Positions 28,414 to 40,886 of a DNA stretch of 64,000 nt are shown here, piece after piece. The notes beneath the pieces were generated by a model. The model worked only from the letters and a program-made list of their open reading frames with translations, made no database searches and had not been told where the DNA came from. The DNA is from Vicugna vicugna (lineage: Eukaryota), in assembly GCA_013265495.1 (NCBI GenBank), contig MU060667.1, forward strand, positions 3,856,366 to 3,920,365, read 5' to 3'. Both the position numbers and the translations under genes were made by a program. Each line of letters opens with the position of its first letter. Position 1 is the stretch's first letter.

Positions 28414-28969
28414 TGTTGCCCAAACAACGGTCCCTGTCCCTGATGAGCCAAATAACTCAGACTGGGTCTTAAAGAGGCAGCTTTATTGCTTTGCCAGGCA
28501 AAGGGGACTCACAGCAGGCTAGTGCCTTCAAAACTGTGAGCCCACCTTGGAGGTGGGGTAGGGTGGTTATACAGTCATAGCTCAAACAATAAACAATCAA
28601 CAGAATCATTTCCGTAAGACGTAGAGTGGCACCATGATGCCTCCAGGTGACCAATTCCATAAAGGCTAGGGGTTAGATTTCTTTATCTCATAAGCACTCA
28701 AGGCATGGCCTTCTTGGTATTTAGCCTACTTTGTAAGGTTACGGTTCTGTGACCTTCTCCCTGGAGATTGACTCAGAGACCAAGCATGATTATAGCTTTT
28801 GATTACTGGAAAAAAATAGAAACATTAAGATCAATGGCTTTAGTTTTAAAAATGGTCCTGGAGCTGTGAGTAGCAACGGGTCAGTCAGGTCAGTTGACTG
28901 TTCTAAGGGCAAGCATAAGAAAAAGCAATCTGTTAGCCCAAGTGTGGACATTTTATTGATCCTCCTTCA
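28414..28969 (-). mobile_element. ERV1 solo LTR (same family as 43723-44310)
   Basis: TG...CA, flanks ATCT/ATCC, reverse AATAAA ~28482, colinear homology with the 43723 copy. Confidence 0.88.
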
Positions 28970-29596
28970 ATCCCCCATGCATCCATTTACATTTTAACCA
29001 GAGTGCTGTTCTTACAAAAAATTATTTTAGTCGTATTCTAATCAATTGATGATTCCTCACTGATCTGAGAATGTTGACTACATTCTTGAATGAGGACAAC
29101 AGGTCTCATAGAGCCAGATTCTTCCCAATGTATTTTCACAGAGAGTTCTTCACTCTTGACCCTTCAGTCACACTAAATTGCTTTTAATTCCTAAAAGTAT
29201 CAAGCTCTACAATGCCATATACTCTTACACAGTTTTTGAACACGAGCACTAGTGGATATGTTTTAGTAACACTTCCCCAAGGACATTTGGAAAAAAGAAT
29301 CCTACTTCTAAAATACACATTCATGGACAAAACTATTCCTGACCAGTATTGTTCTGGAAGATCCTACTGTTTTAATGTTTTCTCTCATTCTCACTCATAG
29401 CACCAACCATGCATTGTCCATTATTCCCACCTATTTCCTCTTTTTTACCTTTCACCAAATATGTGATAAATTTGAATAAATATTCAAGATTTATTTTGTA
29501 AATACCAATTACTTAGAAATGGAGGAATGACTTTTTTTTTAAGTACTTAGACTGCAACCTGTTTAAAGTAACTATAGACCAACATTTATAGTACGT

Positions 29597-29774
29597 TTTA
29601 CAAATTTTAGTTCAGAATTTCTAACATTTTCTGTGCTTAAAAAAAGAAAAAAGAAAAAGAGGTCAATTTAGAAACATTTAGAAACTTTACAAATTTTAGT
29701 TCAGGATTTCTAACATTTTCTGTGCTTAAAAAAAGAAAAAAGAAAAATGGGTCAATTTAGAAACATTTAGAAAC
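29597..29774. repeat. 89-bp tandem duplication (2 copies, ~3 mismatches)
   Basis: TTTACAAATTTTAGTTCAG...AGAAACATTTAGAAAC at 29597-29685 and 29686-29774. Confidence 0.95.
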
Positions 29775-29901
29775 TTCCTCTTTTGGCGTACCTTTTCTCC
29801 TCTTGAAAAATAGAAGGGCAGACCTATCTTCAAGGTTCACACTCTGTACATGCTTTTGTTAAAAAAAAAAATACAATGAAAAAAAGATAACTTTGTGTTG
29901 G

Positions 29902-30453
29902 TGAAAGATACCTCTGTGGGGTCCTCCCTGGTACAAATCCTTTGTCTCCAGTTTCTGGTTTGTAGGAAATAGGTTTCATTCAGCCTCCTTGACCTTCCCT
30001 GAGTTCCAAGGGGCAGATTCAAACAGTTGCTAATCATGGAGGGGAGGGAAAGCAGAAACAAAGGAGGAACAGTCAGGAAACAATAGTACAGCCTTGGGGC
30101 AGGTCCTGGTTCCTCTGCAAGGAATAGACATAACAACATCTTTGAGTTCTTCTGCGGGAACTAAGGTCCCCACCCAGGTGGAGGGTGGAAACTTTAGGCT
30201 GAATACAAGATTCCTGGAGCACCACCCTGTTACCTCACCACCAACCAATCAGAAAAAAGTCACACACCCTGAAGCCCTCACGCCAAATTTTACCTATGAA
30301 AACATTTTCCCAAATCACTGGGGAGTCCCAGTTCTTCAAGCAAGAGCTGCCGATCTCCTTGCTTAGCCTTGCAGTAAACCTCTGTGTGCTCCAAACTGAC
30401 GTTTCTGTTTGTCCTCACAGTGCATCGGGCACATGAGCTTTTGTGTAGTAACA
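29902..30453 (+). mobile_element. ERV1 solo LTR (26641 family)
   Basis: TG...CA, flanks TTGG/CTGG, homology to 26641-27197. Confidence 0.88.
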
Positions 30454-31033
30454 CTGGCTGGCATGATCTGGTCTGTAAAATGTTTTTATACTTGTTAGGT
30501 AGTTAGATAAGTGGGGGGACCAGGCAGATAAGTGGAAGAGAGGGAGGATGATCTGGAAGATCTTTGAAATGAGCGCCAGCAAAAACAACAACAACAACAA
30601 AAAAAACCAAGAAAAAAAACAGAAAAAAACCACGACTGCACAGAAGCAGAAAGGACTTAACCAGACATGACCAATGTTCTTTGTAATATAATTCACACTG
30701 CAGTTTAGCCCCCCACCTCTCAGTGGATTTTTCTTTGTACACCATGGCTAAGGACATCCGCAAAGGGGCCAGACACGACTAAGCATTCCAGGGACAAGAG
30801 CCGTCAATCAATCAAAAGACCACCTCTGAGCAAGGGTATAAGAGACAGGGGAGACAAAAAAGCCACTTTTTCCTCCCTTGGATCAGCCCACCTCCTATTC
30901 TTGGAAGTGTACTTGTCCTGTCCTTTTAAATAAATCTTTTAAAAATCTTTCGCTACACAATGCACCGTCTCCCGACTGTAAACCTGTTTTTCAGGTAGGA
31001 TAAGAATCGGGGTCTTTACTTTTTTGGGTAACA
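30454..31033 (+). mobile_element. ERV LTR of a different family, probably the host of the 29902 LTR
   Basis: GGGTATAAG ~30835, AATAAA ~30929, ends GGGTAACA at 31033; putative first bases TGTGTTGG stranded at 29894-29901. Confidence 0.65.
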
Positions 31034-31635
31034 TACTTATTTTAACAAATCTTGTCTCCTTAATTAAAATAAAATAAGTAAGGATAATTGGAATTAATTC
31101 CTCTAAATGTTTCTTACGGGTAAGAAATCAGTGAAGGAAACTCTCCCCTCTTCTAACATGATCCTATTTGAGAACAAGCATTAGGAAATTTCAAATGTAT
31201 CACCATTTCAAACCAGTGCAGTTGGTGGAGTGAAGACCGGGCGTGGGCTGTGACTCAGTAGGGTGCAGGGCCTCTGAATAGTTATTTGTTCCAGTGACTT
31301 TGAGCTTCAACTTAAACCTTATCATTTTCCCCACATGAATACATGAAGCACCCAATAATTAGAGTTCAACTCTCAATCTCAGGAGCAAGGGAGGTGGTGG
31401 GGAAATCCTTATTTACATTATATCATATACTTAAATAGCCATATCCATTATGGAGTTAAGAGAACCAGATTGTAAAAATCTCTTCTGGGGACAGGGGTTA
31501 AATATAGAACATTGGCTAGTTTCTTTTCTTATTCAACTAAAATGAGCTGTATTTTCTTTTAATGTTTATCTCTATTGCCTAATTTTAGAGAGAGATTAAG
31601 AGAAAGTTCTTTTTTTTTTTTTTTCTTAATCATAG

Positions 31636-32287
31636 TGAGACAGGAAGGGGGGAAGTCACAGCCATTCAAGGAATAACACAGCAATTAACACCAGAATGGT
31701 GAAATATTCAACCCGCGGTAGGCCTTGAGGCTCAAGATGATGGGAGATTTGACTTCTAGTAGACCTTGAGCTTCATTATAAGCCCATTGTAATATATTAA
31801 CCTGGAAAATAACATGCCCACAGGTGCCGTGACAGTCCCAAGGCTAGCCACAAAAGGTCAAAGAGTGGGAAATGGCCAACTTCCTGGGAATCCCAGCCTC
31901 TTCCCCAGGCTAGTTAGACTGGTCCTTCCACTTAGTAGCATATGAAGCTCCGGAGCCCATAAAAACTGGCAACACAGTGTTGTCTTTCTCTCCCTTCTCT
32001 TCAGAGACAGCCCGCAATCTGTCTATGGAGTGTGTACCTACTTTTACTCTAATCTGAGCACCCAACCTTCACACCTTGTGGCCTTTCCTCTTACCTTTTG
32101 AAATAGCTTACACTCTGTGCAGTATGTATATCTCTAAATAAATCTGCATTTACTCAATTGTGGCTCACTCTTGAATTCTTTTCTGCACAAAGCCAAGGAC
32201 TCACACTTGGCAGGGCTTGTCCCAGGGACTCAACAGAAGCCTGGGACATGGCCCTCCTCATGCCCCACATCTGTTTTTCCTGCATCA
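31636..32287 (+). mobile_element. MER41-like ERV1 solo LTR
   Basis: TGAGACAGGA...TTCCTGCATCA, flanks ATAG/ATAT, AATAAA ~32137 followed by CTCTTGAATTCTTTTCTGCACAAAGCCAAGGAC, typical of MER41-group R/U5. Confidence 0.8.
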
Positions 32288-35200
32288 ATATGAATTACCT
32301 GGCAAGAACTGAAATACGTTCTCTGCAATTTCAGTGAGTTAGAACACAATGATGTTGGTTTATATGGACAGTTTCACTGAAAGGAAAATAAGAATATAAG
32401 CAAACAAAAGCCCCACAAATGACATCTTACCCCCCTAAAAAAATTAAGAAATGAAAAGCATCATACTTAGCCGGCTGGTAGTGTGAATGAATACCTGTGA
32501 TAGGGGAACTTGCCAACCCTTACAAATATTTCAGTAGAGTACAACATGCCAACATATATATTTAAAAGAAACAAAACAGTAATGTTTATAGACTAAAATA
32601 AATTGCATACAAACATGGGAAATAAATGTCTCAAAATATTTTAAATACTTAGATTTCATTAACATTTAATCAATCTAAATACATAAGGCTATGATGTGAT
32701 AGCTAGTGATTATCTCTTAACAGTTGATAGAATGCCTTAAAGAGGAATAGTTCTGTGTCAGATATTAATGATAAAGAGGTAAGAATGAATGAGTTTTGGT
32801 CTTCAGGGCATATACAGTCAATGTTGGGGGAAAAAAAAACAAGAAAATAAGGGTCCAATGAGTAAGCCATTAGTGCTATCATACTGATTATTATGGTGGA
32901 AAATATATACATTCTTCAAAAGAGGAAAAAATGCAAAACATACAACCAGACCGTATTGGGACATCATTTTACACCCAGTAGAGTAGCAACAATTCAGAAG
33001 TTTGACGATACCCATCGCCAAGTGCAGTGAGAGTACACAGAAGAATCTGCAAAGCAGAAAATCAAATAAGTGCTATAGAAGTGGGAATTTTTAGGACCCA
33101 CTGACAAGAGGAGATAAGCTTTTAGCTGAATCATGCTTGCTAAGCAAATGCTACTAGCATGAGTAATAAGGACATTCTGAGGAGAGGGGATTATTAACTA
33201 AGTTATAGCGGCACAAGAAAAATAGATACGGAAGGAGTGTTCAAAAGACTAAAAGTGGCAGAAGCTGAAGAAAGAAAACCATAAAGAGGTAAGGAGGTGA
33301 TTTCACGCCCGTCTTGCCCAAGAAGTCAGAGAGGAAGCACTGAATATGACTTTACCACTTACCTTATGTATTATACACTGAGCTGGAAAAATAACATGAA
33401 TATGTGCAATTTCACCCCACCACAGTTCAAACTCAGTTTATGCCTTTTGTTTTCTTCTTTGAAAGTATGTTAGACATATTTAGAGTTCCAGACTGTTTCT
33501 TTTATTAATAACAGAAACCCTCCTCTATATTTTGTATTGATTCAGATATGGAAACCATCAAAAAATTGCCCAAATTGGTCTAAAAAGAGTAAAATCTTAA
33601 AGGAACTCACACAGGGAGACTTTACTTTCTATTTAACTCACAGGCTAGGGTTTTCTCACTACATGCTAATTCACACAAACTCTAAGTCACGTTTTTTCAT
33701 CTTACCCTTACATATCTGAAGTCAGAGAATGAGAAGAGTAAGAATAAGAACTACTGTGTTCAAGGAATTGGGTCTTTTATTATAATTCAGCTCCATTAAT
33801 ATTCTGGAAACTGAAAGGTACAAAATTTAAGATTAATTTCCTCAGGGAAGCATGACAAATCTGTTCTTTGATTTAAGTGAAAAGAGAACAACTTATTCAC
33901 TCTGCACATCATAATTTCTTATTCCCCAAATACTCTTAACTTCTTTTCTTTTCTTTCTCTCTTTCTTTATTTTTCTTGGAAGAAAGCTACCCAACGATGA
34001 GTTTTGGGCTACAGGAAAAGTTGAGGGTTAAAAAAGTCATGCAAGGAGCTACTGTCATGTTGTATGAAGATCTGTGCTGTAAAGTGCAGAACATGCTGAA
34101 GTCAGCAGTGTTTTTAGATGATGATCCAATTTGAAGGAATCATCATTTGGACATCTTAACTCACTAATACTACTAAAGAGTAATTTCCAAGGAAAATAAA
34201 TTAGTGTGCCTTCACAAGTAATAAAAAGAAAATGTCAATTGCTTGGGTCAGTTAAAAGGATATGGGCATAATTACCTAAGGACTGTAATTTCTGAGCATC
34301 CAGGATTACTGAGGTTTTCACAAAGGGACTAAAAGTAGGTTATCAGAAGAGGAATAGATACATGTTTTATATGAGATATTCAAATTGCTTAATGTCTTTG
34401 TGCCTTGATTTTCTTCTTTACAGTTTAGAGGATATTTGTGAGGATTAAATGAATCAATTGCTCAGTCTTAACACTGATGTTCATGATCATGATAATCTTT
34501 TATTACCACAGTTTGCCTATGTATAGCATTTTAAATTATTAGAAAACACTCAGCCCCTCCCCCCATTTTAGAATTGCAATAAATTGGAAAGTTAAGAAAT
34601 CCATGGGATTAAGGAAAATGGATAAGGAAAGATAGAAAAGCTTTGTTTTAATTCCTTCCATCTCAGTTTCATTCTGTGCCTTTATTCCTTCATGTACCAT
34701 CCACCCACCCATTGATACATCCATCTGTGCATCTACTCATCCATTCGTCCTTACCTAACTATTTAGGAATCAACTCAAATGCCCTATATATGAGGACAAT
34801 AGTAAGAACCTTGTGTATTTTATAGAATGTTTTTAATGATAAATGAAAGGAAGCAGAGAAGGGTAGTTAAAAACTCAGGCTTGATTGACTGGCAAACAGA
34901 GACACGACTAGATGGATATATAATATATCATAGATGAATAAATTATAGATGATAAGGTAATATAGTAAAAAGTTAATTGTAAAATTAGTTGTAGGTTATA
35001 CACTGTATAATTTTTCAGCTTTTCTTTAGGTAAACAGGTTTGTTATAAAATGTTAAAAATATTTAAAATGTAATTTTTTTAAAGTGTGTTAAAAAAACAA
35101 AAAAGGTTTAATTTCATTAACTCATATTGAAGCAAAAATGATGAAATTAACTGGTCTTTTTTGGAAGAGCCTGGGGAATCAACTCCTTATTTGAAAACTT

Positions 35201-35389
35201 GTAAATAAAGAGGAAACAAACATTTATCTTATCTTTTCTATGCAAACTGAACCCCTGGAAAGCCAAACGGTAGAGGAACAGATGTTTATCATTAAAAAAG
35301 CATTTTAATAAAAAAGTGAAGAAAAAACATAATATAATTAAAATATGAACATTTTGCAACTCTTTTTGAATTGATCTGAACAATATCAT

Positions 35390-36030
35390 TAGTAACTGCT
35401 TAATAAAAAAGAGAGAGATTCAACCAGACGTTACTCCTTCCTGATGGAACAAAATTTTTTTTTAAATCAACTATCTATAAAGAAGTTCTGGGGGAAAAAG
35501 AAAACCCCACTAAATGTGGATCTGATTACCAATTTTTAGGAAGTCAGAGGAGAGAATAATATGTCAAACTCCGCAGTACAACTGTGCTGTGAGAGTTTAC
35601 CAAAATCCAGACTATGGGAAAACTCTATGGGACAGAGGAAAAAGAGAAAATGTAGACAACTTCTAAATGAAAGGAGATTTTTAAAGTCATATTAGTAATT
35701 TTAAAGAGAGAAAATTAAAATTTTGTATTACAACATTTATAAGAAACTTGGAAATTTGAACAGACTGGATAATTAGCTTTATGAATACTTCATTGTCAAT
35801 TATTTAGTGTATTAGTTTAGTTGGGATTTTTTTAGAGTCTTCATACTTATGGATAAAATTAAATGTAGGAATTTGCTTCAAAATATTACAGGACAAGGGG
35901 AAGTAGACGAGAGTTAAAAAAAAAAGCAAAGTTGAACATAAATTGTTAGGTTTTGAAGCTGGATGATGGGTGTATTGGGGCTCATTACACTAAAATGGCT
36001 TTTATTGTAGATGTTCGAAGTTCATAATCC
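35390..36030 (+). mobile_element. Old L1MC/MD-type 3'UTR fragment
   Basis: CAAAATCCAGACTATGGGAAAACTCTA...GGAAATTTGAACAGACTGGATA...TGAAGCTGGATGATGGGTGTATTGGGGCTCATTAC. Confidence 0.6.
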
Positions 36031-36182
36031 ATAATAAATATTAAAAGACTAGATTGACATAACTTAGGCTATGGAATCAGAGAACTATTGTTGAGTCTCA
36101 GCTTTTTCATCCCAGCTCTTTCAGTCATAGCCCATTTCTATCACTGAATTTCATTTCCAGAAGGCAAGTCAGATATGATCAT

Positions 36183-36229
36183 AACTGCTTAATTAGCTCC
36201 ACATCGAGTGTGGAGCTAATTAAGCAGTT
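36183..36229. repeat. Perfect 21-bp inverted repeat with 5-nt loop
   Basis: AACTGCTTAATTAGCTCCACA-TCGAG-TGTGGAGCTAATTAAGCAGTT. Confidence 0.97.
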
Positions 36230-36340
36230 GACATCAACGACTTTGGAGAATGTATCATAGTCCTGAGTTTGAAGCACATCAAGTACTTTCCCGTGTTGAC
36301 ATCAACGACTTTGGAGAATGTATCATAGTCCTGAGTTTGA
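36227..36340. repeat. Perfect 46-bp direct repeat, 22-bp spacer
   Basis: GTTGACATCAACGACTTTGGAGAATGTATCATAGTCCTGAGTTTGA at 36227-36272 and 36295-36340. Confidence 0.97.
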
Positions 36341-36469
36341 TCCTCAGACTTGAAGGTTCAGGAATCTAGCATTGTTTTCCCTAAAAAAGGGGTCTGTCTC
36401 TCAGGAAAAATTATGAATTGGAACTTCTAAATTAGAAGCCAAATTATTGTTTTTTTCAAACACTGATGG

Positions 36470-36650
36470 TAGACTTACTATGGGTCAGACATTGTTCAAG
36501 CACTTTGCAAATAATAGCTGCTTTTGTCTTTATAGCAATTCATTTACAGATGAGAAATAACAGAAAGGTTACATTGCTTTCCCATGGTCGTATAGCTCGT
36601 GAGTAACAGAGCTTAGATTTGAATCCAGACAATCTGGTTTTGAAACTGTG
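36470..36650 (-). mobile_element. MIR
   Basis: CATTTACAGATGAGAAA...AGAAAGGTTA...GATTTGAATCCAGACAATCTGG, reverse MIR core. Similar MIR relics lie near 4.0, 6.4, 6.8, 40.3, 43.5, 45.7 and 54.6 kb. Confidence 0.7.
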
Positions 36651-38939
36651 CTGGTAGCCATGTAAACATTTGATAATTGTCAAGAAAGAACTTAGTCAAC
36701 TGGATTATAAAAGAGTTCTTGAACTCTTATTGAAGATGCTTTACACTCAATACGAAATGGCTGCAGATTCTATGCCTCCTGCAAAAGACAGGTCAGATGC
36801 TGAGAAAATAGCCTCTTTGACTCATATTTTTCCAGTTTTCAAAATCTGCCCAATTCTCATTTTAACATGTGTAATCCTATAAAATTCTTTATTACCTTAT
36901 TCCAAACTTTCCTGACATAAGGGATTTTTTTTTTGGTAAGTTTGCATACCTATGAATTTGTCTCAGCCTTCATTTTATAGGATATTTCAAGTTATTTTAA
37001 TTCCAAGTTTCAACTAAAAATTATTGGAACTCAAAGAAGTTAAATAATTCACTTTTATAGCAGGGCTGGGAAAGTCCATGATTTCCAGGGGAGAGTTGTA
37101 TATATTTTATTGCAACATTCCCAAATGAAACAGCATGTGAATGTCAAATAAGGCAGTGGAAGAGATGTTTTTTAAAGACACCTCACTTCACCAACTTTAA
37201 ACTGTGGTTGTCAAATATACTGTCCTTGTCACTAATATTGAAAAAAGGATCACTTCTCATTCTGTTTTGTTTATATAAGTCAATGACTCTGATTGAATTT
37301 CATTTTTAAAAAGATGGAATTTTTTCAAATTTCCAAGGCTTTCTATTTTTTTTCCTGATGACAAAGAACTTATCTTTCAAATTTTCAACCCATAACCAGG
37401 TATTATATTTTTACCCAGGTAGGGTGCCTCCTCTTCTATTTTAATTTCCCTCAAGTCTACATATTTGGTCAAAGTTCAGGAGACTTTGAACCCAATATGA
37501 ATTATGTATAGGGACAAGATAAAAGAATTACTCTGAAGGGCATGAATCTAACTTCTCTCTATTACATAGAAATATTTTGCAAGCAAATTTCACTGGAGTT
37601 TGTTTTCGCCACTGTTTTAGTTTGCATTTACAAGAGTTTTCTTTTTGATAAAGTTTATGGTGAGGTGAAATCTTAAGAAAATTATTGATTATGTAATTCC
37701 TTACTAACACCCATATGAGCAAATATAAGCTGTTTAGGTACTCAGTATGTTCTTATGTTAAAACAGTCACTTAAAAAAATTAAATAAATAAATAAATAAA
37801 AGAAAAAAAGTTAACTAAAGTCACAGAATCCTTGACTGTCCACAAAATTACAGTCACTTCAGGAGTCATATTTGTTATTGCAGGTTTTAAGGAGCAATAC
37901 ATAATTTAAAAAAAAAGAAAAGGGAAAAAAAGAGAGAATGAACTACCACTCTGTCATAACGCAAAGATTTATTACCATTGAAGAAAGTTTTAACTTTGTT
38001 GGTAATTTGGTAATTAAATTGTGAGGAAAGACATTCTCTCCATTTTGATTCTATGCTGAAATTCTTTTTTTTCGTTTTCCTGTTCTAGATAATTATCCAT
38101 AGCAATAGATAAAAATATACTAAAGAGAGATAGGACAAGGTTATTTGGTATTTAAAAATTATTGTGAAACCAAGCTATTGCTGTTATCAGAAAATATATC
38201 TTAGTTGTATTTCTCTTGGTAAAATCAATATAAGAATTGTTTTCTGAATCACTTTCAAGAGATGTGCACAAAAATGTCTTCTCTTTTTGTTTATACGATC
38301 AAGCTTTTGTATTAAGATAGTCATAATGTGTTTTAGTTGATCATACTAATATTAATAGTTTTCTAAGTATAATTAAGGGTAGAAACAATTCAGATAAATA
38401 TAAAATATATAATACATTATAATAGTAAAAATTTTGTTACACTGTAATTATTAATACAAGTGACATCCTAATTAATATTCTTGCAAAACTAGTAATAAAT
38501 GATAGAAAGCAGAGATAATTCAGATTGACACAAATAGGGTAAAGTATTTTTGAATCAGTAGAAAAGCATTTAATTGTTGTATGGGTTTTATTCTGAGGTG
38601 CGTCTTGTGAAATGATGCAGAAATGCATCTTTTTACTGTAGCTTTGTGTGACCTATTCCTTTGTCTTTGCTTTTACCATCTGCTGTCTTTTAGTTATAAA
38701 CTTTAAAATGAGCATATTTCACAGTAGTAAGTGAGGAGGAAAAGATGTGAATTCTCATTATGCATAAAAATGTTCTTACAAGCTCGCATTCATGATGTTT
38801 CATCTGTAAATATCTTTCTGGCCCTCAAAACTGTACTCACCACCATTTCTGACTTGATTTATTGCATTCCTACCCATTCAAGAGTACATGGTAAAACATG
38901 GTCCTACAGATCCTACTAATAAATACAGATTATTTAAAA

Positions 38940-39121
38940 TCTTACTATATATACAATAGATAAACCACAAGGATTTACTTTACATATTTGACCTTGTAAT
39001 AACCTATAATGGAAAAAAATCTGAGAAATACATATACGTATATATGTATGTTTATTACTAAATCACTTTGCCGTACACCTGAAACTAAGACAACATTGTA
39101 AATCAACTAAGACTTCAAAAA
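38940..39121 (+). mobile_element. L1 3' end fragment (artiodactyl-type)
   Basis: TAGATAAACCACAAGG...ATAACCTATAATGGAAAA...ATCACTTTGCCGTACACCTGAAACTAA...ACATTGTAAATCAACTA. Confidence 0.85.
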
Positions 39122-39825
39122 GTCTTAGTGCTGTTTATTGTCAGAAATATAGAAGAAAATCCTTCATTTCAAATCTCAGAAGTAAATGTTATTATATGTT
39201 TAAGTGTGTGTGTGAAGAGGAAATGAATCCTACTTGAGAACATTTCTGCCTGAGCTTACCTCTAAATTGCATTGATGATCATGGATTGGCAGATGCTTCA
39301 GATAATTATTAAAGACTATTAAGGTAGGTTTCTACACTGAGGTTGGCTCATTTGAGTCCAAGAGATGTTTAGTCAGTCATCCGATGGATGAAGGAAACTA
39401 CTGTTAACTGTGGTGGCGGATTCAGATGAAACTAGGTAACAGTAAGAATCTGAATGAATGGAAGGAAGGTGAAAAAATGAAAAGGAACAATCCATTAGAT
39501 GAGGCGTACATTTTCTCAGCTGAAAAGCAGAAACACAAATATCCTGTATTTTCATCTATACTTTCCCATCAGACCATCAAGACTTATTTCCCTACAGCGT
39601 TTCAGGATTTTTGTGTGATACCTGCTTTTCAGATACTATTGTCCATCTCTGGAGGCATCTGTGATATTAATGCCTAGATGCCTCTTGACACAATAATTCT
39701 TCAAAGTAAATCTGTCATCTCAGACAGCCATTATTAAAACCATCTAGTATTGTTCTTTTATATATGGATGCATGTATGTGTTTAGCTGTATAAATATATA
39801 AATTTTATCAACTATACTTCAATAA

Positions 39826-39891
39826 AAAAGAAAAATATATAAATTATATATTATATGTAAAAGAAAAATATGTAAATTATATATTATATAT
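39826..39891. repeat. 33-bp AT-rich tandem duplication at an L1-like poly(A) tail
   Basis: AAAAGAAAAATATATAAATTATATATTATATGT twice (imperfect), preceded by ATCAACTATACTTCAATAAA. Confidence 0.8.
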
Positions 39892-40571
39892 GTACATCAT
39901 ATTGCCAACAAATGACCAATATTTGTTAAGTATTTCTTTGCATGTATGCACAAAAAGTATTTTCAGTTTTACCAGTTTCACTCCTGTTACTTCTACCTTA
40001 TTATTCAAGTCTAACTTAACTACTTATTTATTCATTAACTCAACCAACATATATGGACCACCTGCCTACTGTTTGCCAGGCACTGAAGAAACAAACGAGA
40101 GCAAGATGAAATAAATATATAAAAGTTTGGGTAAACCTGTATCTTATCCTTTGATTTATAACCTATCTCCTAAGGCACAATCCTTCCAAGCCTCTCTGTT
40201 TTCTCTGCAGTCCCTTATTATTCTCCCAACAATTGTCTTGTCAGGTATATGTTGTTATTCTCATTTTGCAGATCAGAGAGGTTGAGTCATTGTCTGAAAT
40301 CACACAGTGAATAAGTAGCAGAAATAGGATGCAAAACTACATCCGTCTGCTCTAAAACTGTTGGGCTTCACACACAGAAATGTAGAATGAGAATTTCAGA
40401 CTCCATAGCTGTTTATAGTGTGAAACCCACAGGTCCTAAACTTGTCTGTGTCATTCTCTTCATGTAAGGTAATGATGGATACTGACAAGCAATCATCTCC
40501 TGCATTGGGTTGGATACAAATAAAAATCACTGCAGAAATGTGCTTAAGACAAGGATAAAGAACTATATATA

Positions 40572-40760
40572 GGGGGGCTTATAGCTCAGTGGTAGAGTGT
40601 GTGCTTAGAATGCACAAAGTCCTGGGTTCAATCCCCAGTACCTCCATTAAAAAATAAATAAACCTAATTACCTCTCCCCCCACCAAAAAAAATAAAAAAG
40701 ATAGAAAGAAAGAAAGAAAGAAAGAAAAAAGAAATAAGATAAAAAGCATCCATTAAAAAA
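40572..40760 (+). mobile_element. tRNA-derived camelid-type SINE with (GAAA)n tail
   Basis: TATAGCTCAGTGGTAGAG...CCTGGGTTCAATCCCCAGTACCTCCATTAAA...AAACCTAATTACCTC. Confidence 0.93.
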
Positions 40761-40886
40761 AGAAAGAAATATACCTATTTCATATCTCACAAAATCACTC
40801 CCTGTTCTTTGAATCACTCTTAAAAAAAGAAAGAAATATACCTATTTCATATCTCACAAAATCACTCCCTGTTCTTTGAATCACTC
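40753..40886. repeat. Perfect 67-bp tandem duplication
   Basis: TTAAAAAAAGAAAGAAATATACC...TTTGAATCACTC at 40753-40819 and 40820-40886, identical. Confidence 0.96.

Noticed and set aside
26641..30453. Two same-family, same-strand LTRs as ends of one provirus
   Set aside because: Each has its own TSD (AAAT/AAAC versus TTGG/CTGG), they differ by many substitutions and indels, and the interval has no PBS/PPT and holds older L2/MLT1 sequence. They are independent solo LTRs.
36227..36340. Repeat-spacer-repeat as a CRISPR array, or the hairpin as a vector shRNA
   Set aside because: Only two repeats in a mammalian context with no cas genes. No U6/H1 promoter or T-run terminator flanks the hairpin, and local template switching explains it.
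40572..40645. tRNA-Ala genes at the SINE heads
   Set aside because: All copies continue into a shared SINE body and A-rich tail, several have TSDs, and stems are degenerate.
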